Shown in pieces: positions 20,683 through 33,803 of a DNA stretch of 64,000 bases. The position numbers and the translations under genes are program-made. A model generated the notes under the pieces. That model did not search any database, was not told the origin of the DNA, and saw only the letters and a list, made by a program, of their open reading frames with translations. Each line of letters opens with the position of its first letter. The stretch's first letter is position 1. The DNA comes from Antedon mediterranea (Eukaryota > Animalia > Echinodermata). The stretch spans positions 13,516,001 through 13,580,000 of the forward strand of contig NC_092671.1 in NCBI RefSeq assembly GCF_964355755.1. Reading direction: 5' to 3'.

Positions 20683-21318
20683 CTGGCAGAGAAAATAATT
20701 TGGAAAGAAAAATGTTATAAATTTACTAAAAAATTAAATATTTATTTACAAAAATATATACTAAATTAAAAATAATACCTATTTCATAGTTCAATAATAC
20801 ACTTTAAACAAAAAAACAAAATAATGTTAAATAATTAGTAAGAAACATAAAACAATGATACTTTGGTTTTGATATATTCTTGGGTTTTTTCAGTAGGAAG
20901 ATGTTTGCACAGTAAGTTTAGTTTTTTTGACTAAATTAAAACATTTTGATGATTGAATACATTGCATGAGCTTTTCGGCTGTGCATAATTACAGCTCTCA
21001 TATGTTGCCATGACAATATAGCAGTGTGCAACAATACAATGAGTGCAACTATGGATGATGATCATACTTAGTTGCCATGACAACTACTTTATAGCATTGT
21101 CATGACAACTAAGTTGGTACAACTTATTATAGTAATGGCAAGTCCAATTGGATACTGATCAAGTGCAGTGAATGTAAGCGCATTATAATTACTTAGTATC
21201 CGTACTTATTATATCAAAAATACTTAATCAATAATCATAACAATAGTAATGCATTATTAAAGTAGAAAACTACATTTGCATATTGTCAGTGTAAATTAGT
21301 AGAAAGAACGCCACCTAC

Positions 21319-21439
21319 CAGCACGTATGCTACCCTCGGATTGCCATCGACCGGGACCTGCCCATGGTGAATTGCATGATGGGCAAACATCTGTGGGTGT
21401 ATCGCAGCTGGCGCTGCAAGATCTGTGTAGGCAGTCAAT
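21319..21439 (-). CDS. cpo: cpo/RBPMS-family linker exon (alternative in-frame donors)
   Basis: LTAYTDLAAPAAIHPQMFAHHAIHHGQ(VPVDGNPRVAYVL), similar to the post-RRM Y..ELA.A...LHAQ region of RBPMS; tttacag acceptor; donors CAG|gtcccg (exon end 21358) and CTG|gtaggt (21319), both phase 0. Confidence 0.85.
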
Positions 21440-21732
21440 CTGTAAAATATATTGTTAAAAAAATGACAACATCATCATATATTAATAGGCTACAGTGTGT
21501 ACAGTACACTTACATGGACAAAATAAATGAAAACTTTATACATTTTTTTGTAAATACATTAATGACTATAAGACTAAAACCCCTTTTCTAAACAAATTTT
21601 CTTGTTTTAGTCATTATTATATTACAAAAAAAGGTATAAAATATTTGCTCAACTGAAAAAGAAATGGATCAAAAAAATAGTTAGTAAAAGTGATAAGGTG
21701 CATAATGATGAAAACGATAAATAAATATTTAC

Positions 21733-21804
21733 ATGCTTAATTGCTGATGTTGCCTGCCCACTACTGCCATGTTTGCGTCGTGTATGTTGGACCAGTTTGT
21801 GGGA
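21733..21804 (-). CDS. cpo: cpo candidate 72-nt cassette exon
   Basis: gttttag acceptor; PTNWSNIHDANMAVVGRQHQQLS; AT|gtaaat donor; symmetric phase 2-2; GC-richer than its flanks. Confidence 0.65.
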
Positions 21805-22374
21805 CTAAAACATCAAAACAAAACAGTTTAGTTACCTTTATTTTTGATCAATTGTTGTATAATGGACTATACCCCAAAGATCCTTGGAAATGTATTTGAT
21901 GAAGCAAAAGCGCGAGGTAACCATGGATTTTCACACACTCAAACCATGGAGGATATATATATATTTCCTCCATGCCTAAACTATAGACATTTTACTTATA
22001 TTTCTAAAGGCACCAAAAACAAATTCATTGAACTGTCTGTCCTGTAAAGCTATCCTTCAAGAAACCAATAATTCATGAATTGTGAAAAATGCAGAATGTA
22101 TTTGCCATTTGGTCACTGGATTACAACATGCACAATGTGGATAAATGATAGTTATTGTACTAATAATTGCAACACCTCTGTAACATCATTCTATATTCAG
22201 TGCAATTAAAACAAGGACAAACTAAATTCAAATAAAACTCCAAATTAAGGGAGAGCCTTGTATAAATCCATAAAACCTATTTCGATTATGAAAGCTATAA
22301 TGGAGTTGTGTTTGATAAAACTTACAATTACTAACTTTGAGAGTGAACAAGAATAACAGGAGGTTGGTACTTAC

Positions 22375-22435
22375 GCTGGATGATGGTGTGGCCACGCTTC
22401 TGGTGCTGTTTGTAACAACACCCCAGGAATTTCAT
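22375..22435 (-). CDS. cpo: cpo/RBPMS-family exon
   Basis: (Y)EIPGVLLQTAPEAWPHHHP, like RBPMS YEL....P.SPE.W; ttttcag acceptor, GC|gtaagt donor. Confidence 0.9.
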
Positions 22436-22768
22436 CTGAAAATTAATACATTTATTTATAAATGATAATGGTTGAATAATATAATAAATGTTGGTTACTA
22501 TGTATCAAAATGATTAATTAACAATTCAATGATTGAAAATAAAGGCATAAAAGAGAATTTGATTGTGAGATGTTCAGTACATGCCTTGTTTGTATCTGCT
22601 TAAAGCTAGTGATGTGCCCAAATATGGTAGTGATAACCCATATATGGGCACAATTTGTTGTCACTTAAAGTTTGATAGTGTAGACAGAGCTTTACTCTCA
22701 TTACTCATCCTTTGGTTGGGATATTAAGTTGATCACGGAACCTAGTACTGTTTTATATAAAAGCTTAC

Positions 22769-22910
22769 ATGGATCACGAGGTGTCATCTGTTGTGTCAAG
22801 GTGGGATTTGTTGGCAGGGGTGACGTCTGCTTTGGTTTGGTCACTTTTGTGTTTGATTTTGCAAATTCTAATCGTATCGTTTGTGGATTGTCTGGATCAA
22901 AACGAACACC
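22769..22910 (-). CDS. cpo: cpo/RBPMS-family exon, end of RRM1
   Basis: GVRFDPDNPQTIRLEFAKSNTKVTKPKQTSPLPTNPTLTQQMTPRDP; hallmark G.RFDP..PQT.RLEFAK.NTK; atttag acceptor, T|gtaagc donor. Confidence 0.97.
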
Positions 22911-24016
22911 CTAAATGTAAAGTAATTCAGATAAAAAATAAGTGCACAAGATCTAGTAAATAAGTGCAATCATATACATGGTATAATAGACCTGATAGAC
23001 AACAATTAGACATTCCATGTTTTAATATGTATATTTTACATATATACAGATTTACAATAACAAATCATTCTATCAAATAAAAGACCCTTTTCTTGTAATT
23101 TGGACAAACTTTTTTTTTTATAAAATAGGCCTAACTATAGGCACAATTAATTAAAACGATCATTAAATTTGCTAATAAATCCACAATTTTAATGTTTATT
23201 TCAATTTTATTAACAAAAACACAAATGTGTTGTTAACACTAACTTTGAATACTCCTAAAAACTACAGTACACTATGATAAAGAGGCTTATAGTTCATTTC
23301 TATTAAGACCAAATATTAATGCTAATCACATTTTGTGTTCTTAAAATCATCCCGATGACAAAGAGATCCAATACTGGCTTTAACGACCTTAAAATCAGTC
23401 ACAAAAGCTGACATTTCCTGAAGCTATCAAAACCATCTCACATTTAACGTTTGAAAATAATAAGCTGTTATAACACATATCTGTACAACAGAGATGTCTG
23501 TTTCACGACCTACGTAAACATAGCTTAAGGCTTATGCCATATTTAGCGACAACTAACAAGACTCCACCGATAGGTTTTTAATAGAGAATGCATTCTTTTA
23601 ATTAGTTCAAAGGGTCAAAGGTGAAAATATATAACATTATCTGTTACATCTTAAGGGAAATGAATAAAAAAGAATTATTGTATTTTTTTAAATATGTTGC
23701 AATTAATTTTTTGCAAAACAATGTGTTGCTTGTAGTTACTATCACTCCAAGCACTTGCATTTCCATAAACTCCTAGACTTGTTTTATATTGTATAAGTTA
23801 GTTTCAAATCGGAACGTCCCTAGCATATCATACCAGAGTATCAGTTAAGTGAATTTTTTTACTTTTTACATTACATCATCGTTTACAAATTTATGTCAAA
23901 ATTATATTCTAGCATTTTGTTGTTGTTTTCATCGCTGTTGGTTGTAAACTGAATAAAATAAAATAGATTTAAAAAATATATGGTTGTATTATAAATAATG
24001 TAATATTGATACTGAC

Positions 24017-24079
24017 CTGTAGTGCTTGTTTTGCTGATTCTGCACAAGACTTGCTTTCAAAAGTTACAAATCCTACGGG
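24017..24079 (-). CDS. cpo: cpo/RBPMS-family exon, RRM1 RNP1
   Basis: PVGFVTFESKSCAESAKQALQ; ttttatag acceptor, CAG|gtcagt donor. Confidence 0.97.
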
Positions 24080-25007
24080 CTATAAAACAAATAGAAAATG
24101 TTACACTTTGCTTTGTACATTGCAACACTAATTTTCACTTGATTAAAAATTCATATATATGATATTTATAATGTATTACAACCCGACATATTTATATTCA
24201 CATCAACTTTACTTTCCTAGTAACTAAAGAAGATAGTTATAACAAAAGAACCAAAACGTTAAGATATTCTCAGTTTTCTTTTTTTTTCGGTAAAAACCAC
24301 AAACCTTACTTTACTTTAAAGCATATTATTACTATTATTTCAATCTTTTATATATAGGTACAAATATTATATATAATTTATATAACATGATATACTATTT
24401 TGATGATTTCAAACAGGAATATATTATGTTGCATTTTCAGATCTTTCTAAAAGGTAAACGATACTTTACTTGCTGCCCTCTAGAGAAAGAGTATGTAAGT
24501 ATTGCTTATTTGGACAATATTGGTCAAATTCAATTTTTAATAATTTTTTTCAGACAAAATAACAACAAAAGATTATTAATTTTGTCATTCCTTTTCTATT
24601 TTTCAACAAATGTCGTAGAATCTTTTTTCCCCATTATTTCACTGTTAGCAAATATTGTATAGTAAATGCAATCGTTTTTATTAAGATTTCAGAATGTTAG
24701 TAGGCATATGTAGTAAATATGTAGATTTTTGTAGAAAACTGATAATTATTGCATCGCAACATCATTATACAGGACACAAAATTCTGCCTGAGGACTCAAG
24801 TTTACATAGTACATTCGACGCCAGTCTTTTGATTACGTTTAATGTATACCTAATAGTAAGTGAACACCTTACTCCAGAAGTTATGCATACACAATTAAGA
24901 CGATCACTCATTTTGCATTTTGTTATTACAAAAGGTATAAACAACTCTGCTTGCTTCATTTAGTATACATTCAATGGTTTGGCTAATATTACTGTAATCA
25001 CTAAGTA

Positions 25008-25245
25008 TAATAATAAGAATAATAATAGATAGATTTATATAGCGCAAATAAACGATGTGTCTATGCGCTCGACAATAAAAAGAGTGGAAAACAAAAGGAA
25101 GAGAACAAAAAGACAAAAACAAGCACCCAAACCGGAGTATGGGGGTACACCATCACTTGCTAACTGGGGATCAGTGTGTAAGTACCCCAGTTAGCATCGG
25201 TTAAGTCTTGATCTTTACAGGGATCCTGTGCTTCCTAGCCTAGTC
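25008..25245 (-). mobile_element. SINE/LINE 3'-end remnant with (TTA)n tail
   Basis: On -: gagcgcatagacacatcgtttatttgcgctatataaat followed by tattattattatt, typical of L2/CR1-type tails; includes a 12-bp inverted repeat tgctaactgggg/ccccagttagca. Confidence 0.5.
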
Positions 25246-25881
25246 AGAAAACAACAACAGGCAAGAAATGTGAACAAAAGCAAAGTATTATTTAAAATAT
25301 CTTTAATCTTGTTGTAAATAGGATTTGTTGCTATGTACAGTTGTTTCTTTTTTGTGCACAACTCGTTTAATATCGGTCAAGAATATTACAACAATAAAAT
25401 GTAATATTCATTAAAAATTTAAAGATAAATTTAGTTTCAATTCAAAAATATTGATCTAGTACCTCATAACTAATAACATAAGTAGTTGTTTGTTCTTTTA
25501 AAAATATATATGCTTCATACAACAATAGCTCATTGTATTATCAATAAGTATATAACAATATTTTATATTTGCAGTTACAAAATTGCTATGCGATGAAAGA
25601 CCACAAAACAATACTTCAAATACATACCATAATTACAAAACAATAATAATAATACACTACTACTATTTATGATGAAAATAGTACACACAATGTATTATTA
25701 CATAACATAAAGGGAATATATTGCATAAATGCAGAAGCCATAATCATTAAGATATAGACCTAATTATGCTTGGTGTTTTGTAGATGGTGGATAGCCTATT
25801 GTTGGCAAGCTAATGACAAACAATAACCATTACATAACAATATTGTAAATTATAATATTTAAAAAGAGCTATAATACTTAC

Positions 25882-25935
25882 CGAGGTATTTTTACCAGGT
25901 TTGCCTGTGACCTTTAATAATGAACCTTCATAACC
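25882..25935 (-). CDS. cpo: cpo/RBPMS-family exon, RRM1
   Basis: GYEGSLLKVTGKPGKNTS; ctttttag acceptor, TCG|gtaagt donor. Confidence 0.97.
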
Positions 25936-28900
25936 CTAAAAAGAGAGATTTATTATTTATTAATGTATTAATGATTAGAAAAACAAAAAAAAAGAGTTTG
26001 GGCTCCAGGGTATTTATGCAACACTCTCAATTTCAATGACATTAATTAACAATTCAAATCATAACACTAATTACACCTTGAACCTTTTCATTAATGCTAC
26101 ATTTTGTACAAACTTATCCTCCACATCCAGTATTACTAATAAACATAATGTGATTTAACTTTTTTTCCGTCCTAGCGCCATTTGGCTGGAGCCAACATTA
26201 TGGTTTTTGCGTAATTGGTAAGGAAAATGAGTATCTCTCGTCAGCAATATCAATCACTTATTAATTTGTATTTAATCAGCCATCATTGGCCTTATAAAAT
26301 TTAATCAATCTCCAAAGATTCTGCATTTAATATCAACCAGCTAATGATAAGTAAAATGCTATTTTTTTAAATGAAAATAAGACGATCAATTGATTATTTT
26401 GAAATTGGAATACTGTATGTCTCACTAAACTCTAGTATATGATTTTGAATACATAATAGCATTTAAATATAAATAAATACATTCAATTCTTTAGTAAGTA
26501 ACAAAATAAAGTGCTCATTCGATGCTAAGATTGGGTCCTTATATAGTGCACAAAAGGGAGCTTCCAGAAACAAATCCTAGGTTGCGTTTGAGGCACACAC
26601 TCCCCATTTTAATAGTTATAATATAGAGACTATTGATATTATGTTTTAGCGCTTCCTTGGATCTGCCCCTCATTTCATAATGGGTACAGACACTCTTCAG
26701 GTGCGTGGCTCCACATAAAAGAATATCTACACAGTAACATCAACTAGAATAGCATCTACAGTACTGAGAATTAAAAGCATAAACAACTCGACTTAATTCA
26801 GATGTTCATTGAAATGACAAATTTATTATATTAACTGTGGCAATTAATTTATCATGAAGTTCTTAGTATACACATACCAATCAAGGTCTTTTACCTGTGC
26901 AGGGGCCATGCTGCACACAGAAAGAACTATTGGTATCATCTAAAATATAATACCTCAACAATCAACAACAACGGAAACAGCTTTTCACAGCCCAGAGAAG
27001 ACCTAATCAAACTACCCTTAGACAACTACAGATCCCCTTCCTTCGTTAGAAATAATTAAAATGAGTTGAACATCAGCTGTCTTAGTTTGCAGACCAACAA
27101 ATGCTTGATGATAAATCATAAGACGAATGACCTACACAGTAACAGATTTTTTTAAATGATACTTAATTTGAATGAAAAGGTGAAGCAAAGTTCACAATGA
27201 TGTCTACACTGACTATAAAATTAGTATAACATGTTTATGCAAACTTTTTTTTTCACACCTTGTTGCATTAAAAGTCATGACCTTTCAAGATCAAACATTT
27301 TATTTTCAAAATAAGTTTTTTATTGAATTTAATCATTAAGGGTAGGAATTCTAGGTGTTGCAGCCGCTATACATTTGTGTGTATACAAAGCAATATAAGA
27401 TCTGTGAGTGAAAAAGCATCTCGTTTAACCACACCCATTTCAGATTCCATAGGAAACAATTATAGATGCACCAGAGAATTAATTATGAGTGTAATGATTG
27501 ATAAATGCACACCTTAGCCTTAACAATTAGTGGTGTACAGTTTATCTTTTTTCGTCCCACTCCCTATAAATAAATACTGTATGTCTATATTATACATTAG
27601 AAAATTGCAAAATTAAGTATAGAGGAATGGAATTTGGAAGCAATGCTGCTTAGCAACTAAATTCTGTGTTTATTAACAGTGTGTTTGAGCATTTTTTACA
27701 ATCATTATTTTCTCGTATTCAGGTACTCAATTCTGAAATGGATATAGACGTTGATTACTTGCAAAGTAAACCGTTGTTGCAAATATTTTGTTTGGCCTCT
27801 TTCACCATCAATTAATTCATGGTAGATTGTATGATTGATAAGGTAACCTAATTTACACAGACTCGTTATTCAAATTTTATGCACAAAATTTAAATGCTCA
27901 AATCACATCAAAATGCAGGTTGCTATATTACAAGGATTTAACAACTTAATCCACAGAGATTTTAAAAATTGAGTTGATATAACTGTGAAAAAGGAACCTA
28001 TTTTTGTGGGCCATCTAATTAAGGAAATCCATTAGTAATGGCTTTATGTAGTCTATGAAGTCAGGTCAGCTAATATTGACCTTCTTAATTAAATAACTAT
28101 CATTACATTTGTTTGAACGAAGTGTGAAATTGATGTACCCTGTCAGACACTCAATCTTGGTAACATTCATGTTACAATTTATCATTCCAAAGATCAGCTG
28201 TTTCTTAATGAATCAGAGAAAAAATGCTACAACATTCATGTAATAATATCTTGATAATAAAAGCCCATGACGTTTCCTTCAAAAGCCTACATTTCAAAAT
28301 GGGCTTACGGGGTTTCCTTTTTTAGGTAATGTTGTAACAACCTATAAAAAATTTCTAAATTAAGACCTTTTGATTGTGTGCAATGTCTATTATTCTGAAA
28401 TGTATATTCTTTTCATCTTAATTCTTGGTCATAAGATATCAACCAAATAATTACATCTATTTATAAACCTATTTGTGACATTAAGATGCTTTACATTACC
28501 TTCCCGAAACAGAAATTTATAATTATAAGTTTTCTATAATTGGAAGATATTTTTTTTTTAAAGACTAGACAATTTAAGGAAGAATATTCATATACATTGG
28601 TTACTAATCATTTTCTTTATAATTAATCCATCAGGTAGATTATGACCACACCCACTATTCTGGATTACTCATTTTAATAGCTACCTTCCCAACACGATAT
28701 TGTGCTAGAGTTAACAATGGGATTTACATTCAAGAACAGCCATTTACAAGCTCTATCAAGGCCAGTACTATAACTACTATTGTTATTTCCAGCTATAATG
28801 TCAAATACAGTGCATTTTGTATTTATTGTTGAAGCATAATAAATAATGGGAGTTTTATATACATTCATCGATACTTATAATATCGTAATTTACATTTAAA

Positions 28901-30479
28901 AGTTCTTTTCATAATATCTTAGATGCATAAAATGATAAATTGTATTCAGCATTTGATATTAATCTATAAATTTGAATTTTTGAACTTTAAGGTTACAAAC
29001 AAATGTTACTTATAAATTGATGTGCTGATTTTTCAGGGAAAGAATCTACAATAGAATATTTTACTTATTGATAGTCTGTACTGATTTAAATATACAAGCT
29101 CGACCTTGAGATAATGTAGGGACAAAAAATATTAGGACAACAACCAGTAAATTTAATTGAAATAAACCACTAAGGCATATCCTGGATTACTATATTAACA
29201 AATTAATATTGAATTATATTGAATAAGTATTTACAATTTTGTTCTCAAGCCTGGTCAAAAATGAGGTACAAGTTTTATTATGTTTTGTATAGTATTGATC
29301 TTTTATTCAAATCTTTATAGAATAGATTTTGAACAATAGTATTATTACTTAGTAAAGGGAGTGCCTAACCCCACTCACGGAATGTTATTGTAATGTTAAC
29401 AGCACTGTCTGTTACTAGTCTTAACTTAATCCTATCCTATACTATATCCATGAAATATAAATTGAACTACAGTACTGGAAATACCTAATTTACTATACGC
29501 TACTGAAATGACTACATTTCATGTAAATATAAATGTAAATAATTTGTTCTCCCGTCTCTATGAACATTCTCATTCCCGTAAGCAACGAATTACGGCAATC
29601 CAGTGGAGCCGACAAGAATTAGAGGTCTAGAACTGGTTCAGACTTGATTCTATCAGCGTTCTTTCAAAATAAACTATTACTAGGCTTTGAAATATCATTA
29701 AAATATTAGTAACATTAACTTAAGACATCTTTTAGGTCAAATTTGAAAGTATGATTACAAAGTATGTAGTTGGGTGACTGTACTCTATCAATCAATGGTT
29801 AATAAGGGATTCTAATCTGTAGACTTGGCAGTGTAAATATTATACTGCAATAATGGATATCAAAATGTATTGATTGTAAGTCAAACTGACAAAATCATTA
29901 ACCTAACATATGATCAACTGGTTTTTAGAGTAATTATTCAGAATCTCATGCATGCATATCAGTATTCTTTGGTAATATATAAAGATGGCATTTTTTAAAT
30001 AAGATTTTATTATATAAAAAATGAATGAATATAATTATTAACCAGTTGTGATGATATCTGCTGAAAACTAATAGTGATATTTTGAAGTCTCCAACTTGAG
30101 GTTGTGTGTGTCCATTTATGGATAGGGGTCATCATGATTATCTAGCTGTATGTTCATGATTGTAGTTCTAAGTAGATAGCCTCAAATCATTTGCTCCAAT
30201 TATTTGCTCCTCTGCCAAATCATTGCTCTATGCAAGATGAACATACTTTTTTTCCTTGCATCCTCTTTGGAACAACTCAAATACGACACGATACGATAGC
30301 ATTTATTGTCATTTTTCAAAAAGGTACAAATGAAATTTTGTTGGTTGATTTACATTTGATATACATACAATATACAAATATATAATGAAAACAAAAAATC
30401 AATAAATTAAAGAGACCTAACAAACTTGCTATTAAATACATGAATAGACCAATGACATTAACAATTTCTTAAAGCTTAC

Positions 30480-30557
30480 CTGATATGCTCTGAATAGTAA
30501 GTAGAGTTCTCTAGGTTTTGCATCCATAGGTAGCCCACTTACAAATAATGTTCGCAC
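30480..30557 (-). CDS. cpo: cpo/RBPMS-family exon, start of RRM1 (first exon not located)
   Basis: [26 protein letters not shown], the characteristic Cpo/MEC-8/RBPMS RRM1 start; tttttctag acceptor, CAG|gtaagc donor. Confidence 0.98.
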
Positions 30558-32775
30558 CTAGAAAAACAATTGTAATGATTGATAAGGAACATGTTATGAC
30601 AAATAAGATAAATACAAATACAATGACAATATAAATAAATATGAAGACCTATAATGGTTAATAAAACATGTTTATTCAGGAGCATGTTAGACAAATAAGA
30701 CAAATACAATTACTATATTACAGTCAGTATTTATAAATATTAAGGCATATACCGGTTATTAAAACATGGAACAAATAAGATATAAATTCAAATATTATAA
30801 TATTTTAGTACTGAATATTTTACTACTGATATGACATTAGTGAAATGTTTTTGATTGCAATTTAATCTAGTATATGAAACTATTACTTCTCATCATTTGG
30901 TTGATTGCAAAAAGGAGGGAACTAATTATTGTAATGATAGTAGTAGGCTTTGATGTGTTTCACATCTCATAAGGGAATTATTAGGTATACCTATTAAGAC
31001 AATGAGATGAAAAATAAATTATTAGGTTAAAAGAACAAATATCTATCTATATATACTACACATACTGTTAGCCAAATACACAGGGTACAGTATATTGTAT
31101 TTGTGGTAAGTAAAATGAGATTCATAGAGTTGAGAGTATCTTAACGTTTAGTTGTTATGCTACAACAGTATTCTGGTGGCAAACCTTTAAAATGGCATTG
31201 GAGATTGGATTAGGCCTATATGAAGTTATATCCAATTTTTACCTTTTATTATTTTGTTTATCAACATAGAAAGACATTTTATTCATTGGATGTTTGTTTA
31301 TGGAAATAATTGGTTTTACTAGATTAAAGAAAACAGTAAAAATCCACATTCATCATTGATCTTATAAGTTAGATATATATATATATATTATCAAGGTTGG
31401 GGCGACTTTTTGTCACACTCACAGATCCTCATCTTTATTGTTTCTAATTAATTAAATTTCAGTATATCACCGGGCGGTTTAAAATTCATGTTCTATGCAT
31501 GTTGTGTTTATTATACACTTAAATACAACAACTGAAATGTACTGTGTTTTTTTATAGAGTTTTAGAATAATACAGACACAAATGTTACAGATATATATTT
31601 ATATTTACCGTAAATTATATAAGCTTAGACAAATTACAATTTATTGAGGTAATATTATTTATAATAAAATATGTCATTTTCACACATTTCCAAAAGTATA
31701 TTTTTATAATAGTAATTACATTGACAGGTATTTATAGAGATGATAGATGACCGTCTATCATCATTGTTTGGACAGATCACTTAACTCCTGACACCAAAAC
31801 TTAGCTGTCCTTGTAATAGTTACACATGATATATCACTGTGCCATTAACTATCAACTAATTAGTTTAGGTGTTGACAACTACTAAGTAAAATTTAACAGT
31901 TTTATATTATTTATTAAGTGTTTAGTAGTAGGAAATGATTGAACTGAACTACGACCTGAAATATGTGTTATCAAGGACAGCTCTTACCACCTAGTTAGTG
32001 TACTCAGGAAGCAGAATTTGAATACAAAAAGTATCCAACAATTGAATAGCTTCCTATAAAATGGACTAGAACGGATCAACACAAACTGATATCATTACCA
32101 TGACAATTAACTAGTTTAGGGATATACTAAACAATTTGTTTACTAAAACCAAAACACAATAGGAAGATGGGTAGGGCTAATGGGTATTATACCTGCAAGT
32201 AAAATATTAAGTACAGGTATAACTATTCCAAGGGCATAGCGGGAGGTTAGAAACAGACATGGCACAGATCTTTTAATATAATTATTAATATAAAATAATC
32301 ATGATAATCTGTGCCGGGGGATTTGGGATGGGCAGTTATACAATAGGTCTTTTGTAAGTTTGAGCACTCAAAAGAACAATGCATTTATCCTATTTATGTG
32401 CTTAATAGAATTTCTTTATTTATCCTCTCTTTGAGAGAGGCCAATTGTTGGTTTACCAGGTAAGCAAGGCATAAAATAGACCATGCATTTATCGAAATTG
32501 TGTTAGTATAGTTATTATATAAAGCAGACAGGTTCTTAAAGAGGTATCATATCTATATATATCCTTATCTGGTGACACTTTCACAATAAACATTGTACAA
32601 ATTCAATACTGATTTGAATAGTGAAACTATTTCTTAGGATATACAAGGCAGACCTATACTTTCTAAGTAACATTATCCAAGAATGTAAATAGATACCTAA
32701 ATCAATTTTTCTATTTTATTAATTCAATAAAACTTATAGTAACAATGAAATCATACCAAATATGATATGATAATA

Positions 32776-33803
32776 CAGGCTCGTAGCCAGGGGGGATTTT
32801 TATGGTTCGGGCGAAGCCCCCTTTACAGCAAACCCCCTTTAACTGACTGCGAACCCCCATCACCGATATGCCCAATACCTCACCCTCATCTCCAAAAATC
32901 CTCCAAATACGTGCCCCACAGTACAAAAAGTTGTTTGTAAATTGAAAAATTTGTAAACTTGTTCGTGAACCTTCTTCCCTGTATGAGCGTACGTCTAGCG
33001 ATACATGTCTGTAAATTTCTAAAAGCTGCAAATGAATGGCCGATTTTAACCTGAAAAATAAATGTTTGGTCTCTGCATGTAACATGATATTGACGCGTCT
33101 CACAGCGAGCTGGGGCACGAACGATTCGTAAAAAGGACACCGCCAGACAACTGCTTACCTATAATTGTTTAGATCACTGGCAGTCAGTCAGCATGCATAA
33201 AGTATATAGCCTTACGATGTACATCAGTATTTATGTGTGACTATGAAGTATAATGTATCATAGAGGATTATAGTGAATATTAATATTTTACACTATAATA
33301 TCTATGGTATCATGTACTGTAGTTCACATTATGGCATCCGATTATTTTTTTCTAGACCACCAGCCGATACGTACTAAAATGTATCAATATCACCTATTTA
33401 CATATTTATATTCCTCAACAAATTGCTGTAAATAAATATTATAGATAGAGCTAAAATAAGAATAGCATTTGCCTTCACCCAGTGTGCTTTTTTCGGGGCT
33501 TCTCCTAGATGTACGTTCGCATTGAACTTGAACGCAAAACAAAATATGGAGTAAATGATCAAATAATCGGCGGTTCCGCACAGAGCACGCGCATCTAACA
33601 TACGGCAACAAATAGTTATTGTCCTTTAAATAGTCCACGTGTGTGAGGAGGAGGAAAAAAGTACTATCGTTTTGCTCATTGGTAGCATGCTGCATAAGAG
33701 TGTCTTTTCCGGCCATCTAGGGGTGTCATTTAACAAAATTTGGTGGTGACCCAAATATTTAGTGTCCGAACCCCCTCCTTGACATATCCTGGCTACGGCC
33801 CTG
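32776..33803. mobile_element. Non-autonomous DNA transposon, hAT-like TIRs (~1.03 kb)
   Basis: TIRs caggctcgtagccagg / cctggctacggccctg (14/16); flanked by taata on both sides; CpG-richer interior with no transposase. Confidence 0.8.

Noticed and set aside
22613-22652. 15-bp imperfect hairpin in a cpo intron as a pre-miRNA
   Set aside because: Stem too short for a pre-miRNA and no known mature sequence recognised; likely a MITE remnant.
31739-31762. gatgatagatgaccgtctatcatc mini-hairpin
   Set aside because: Termini degenerate and no TSD; cannot be assigned.
32711-33716. 135-, 108-, 84- and 67-aa ORFs inside the hAT-like element
   Set aside because: No transposase or other recognisable domain; consistent with chance ORFs in GC-richer repeat DNA.
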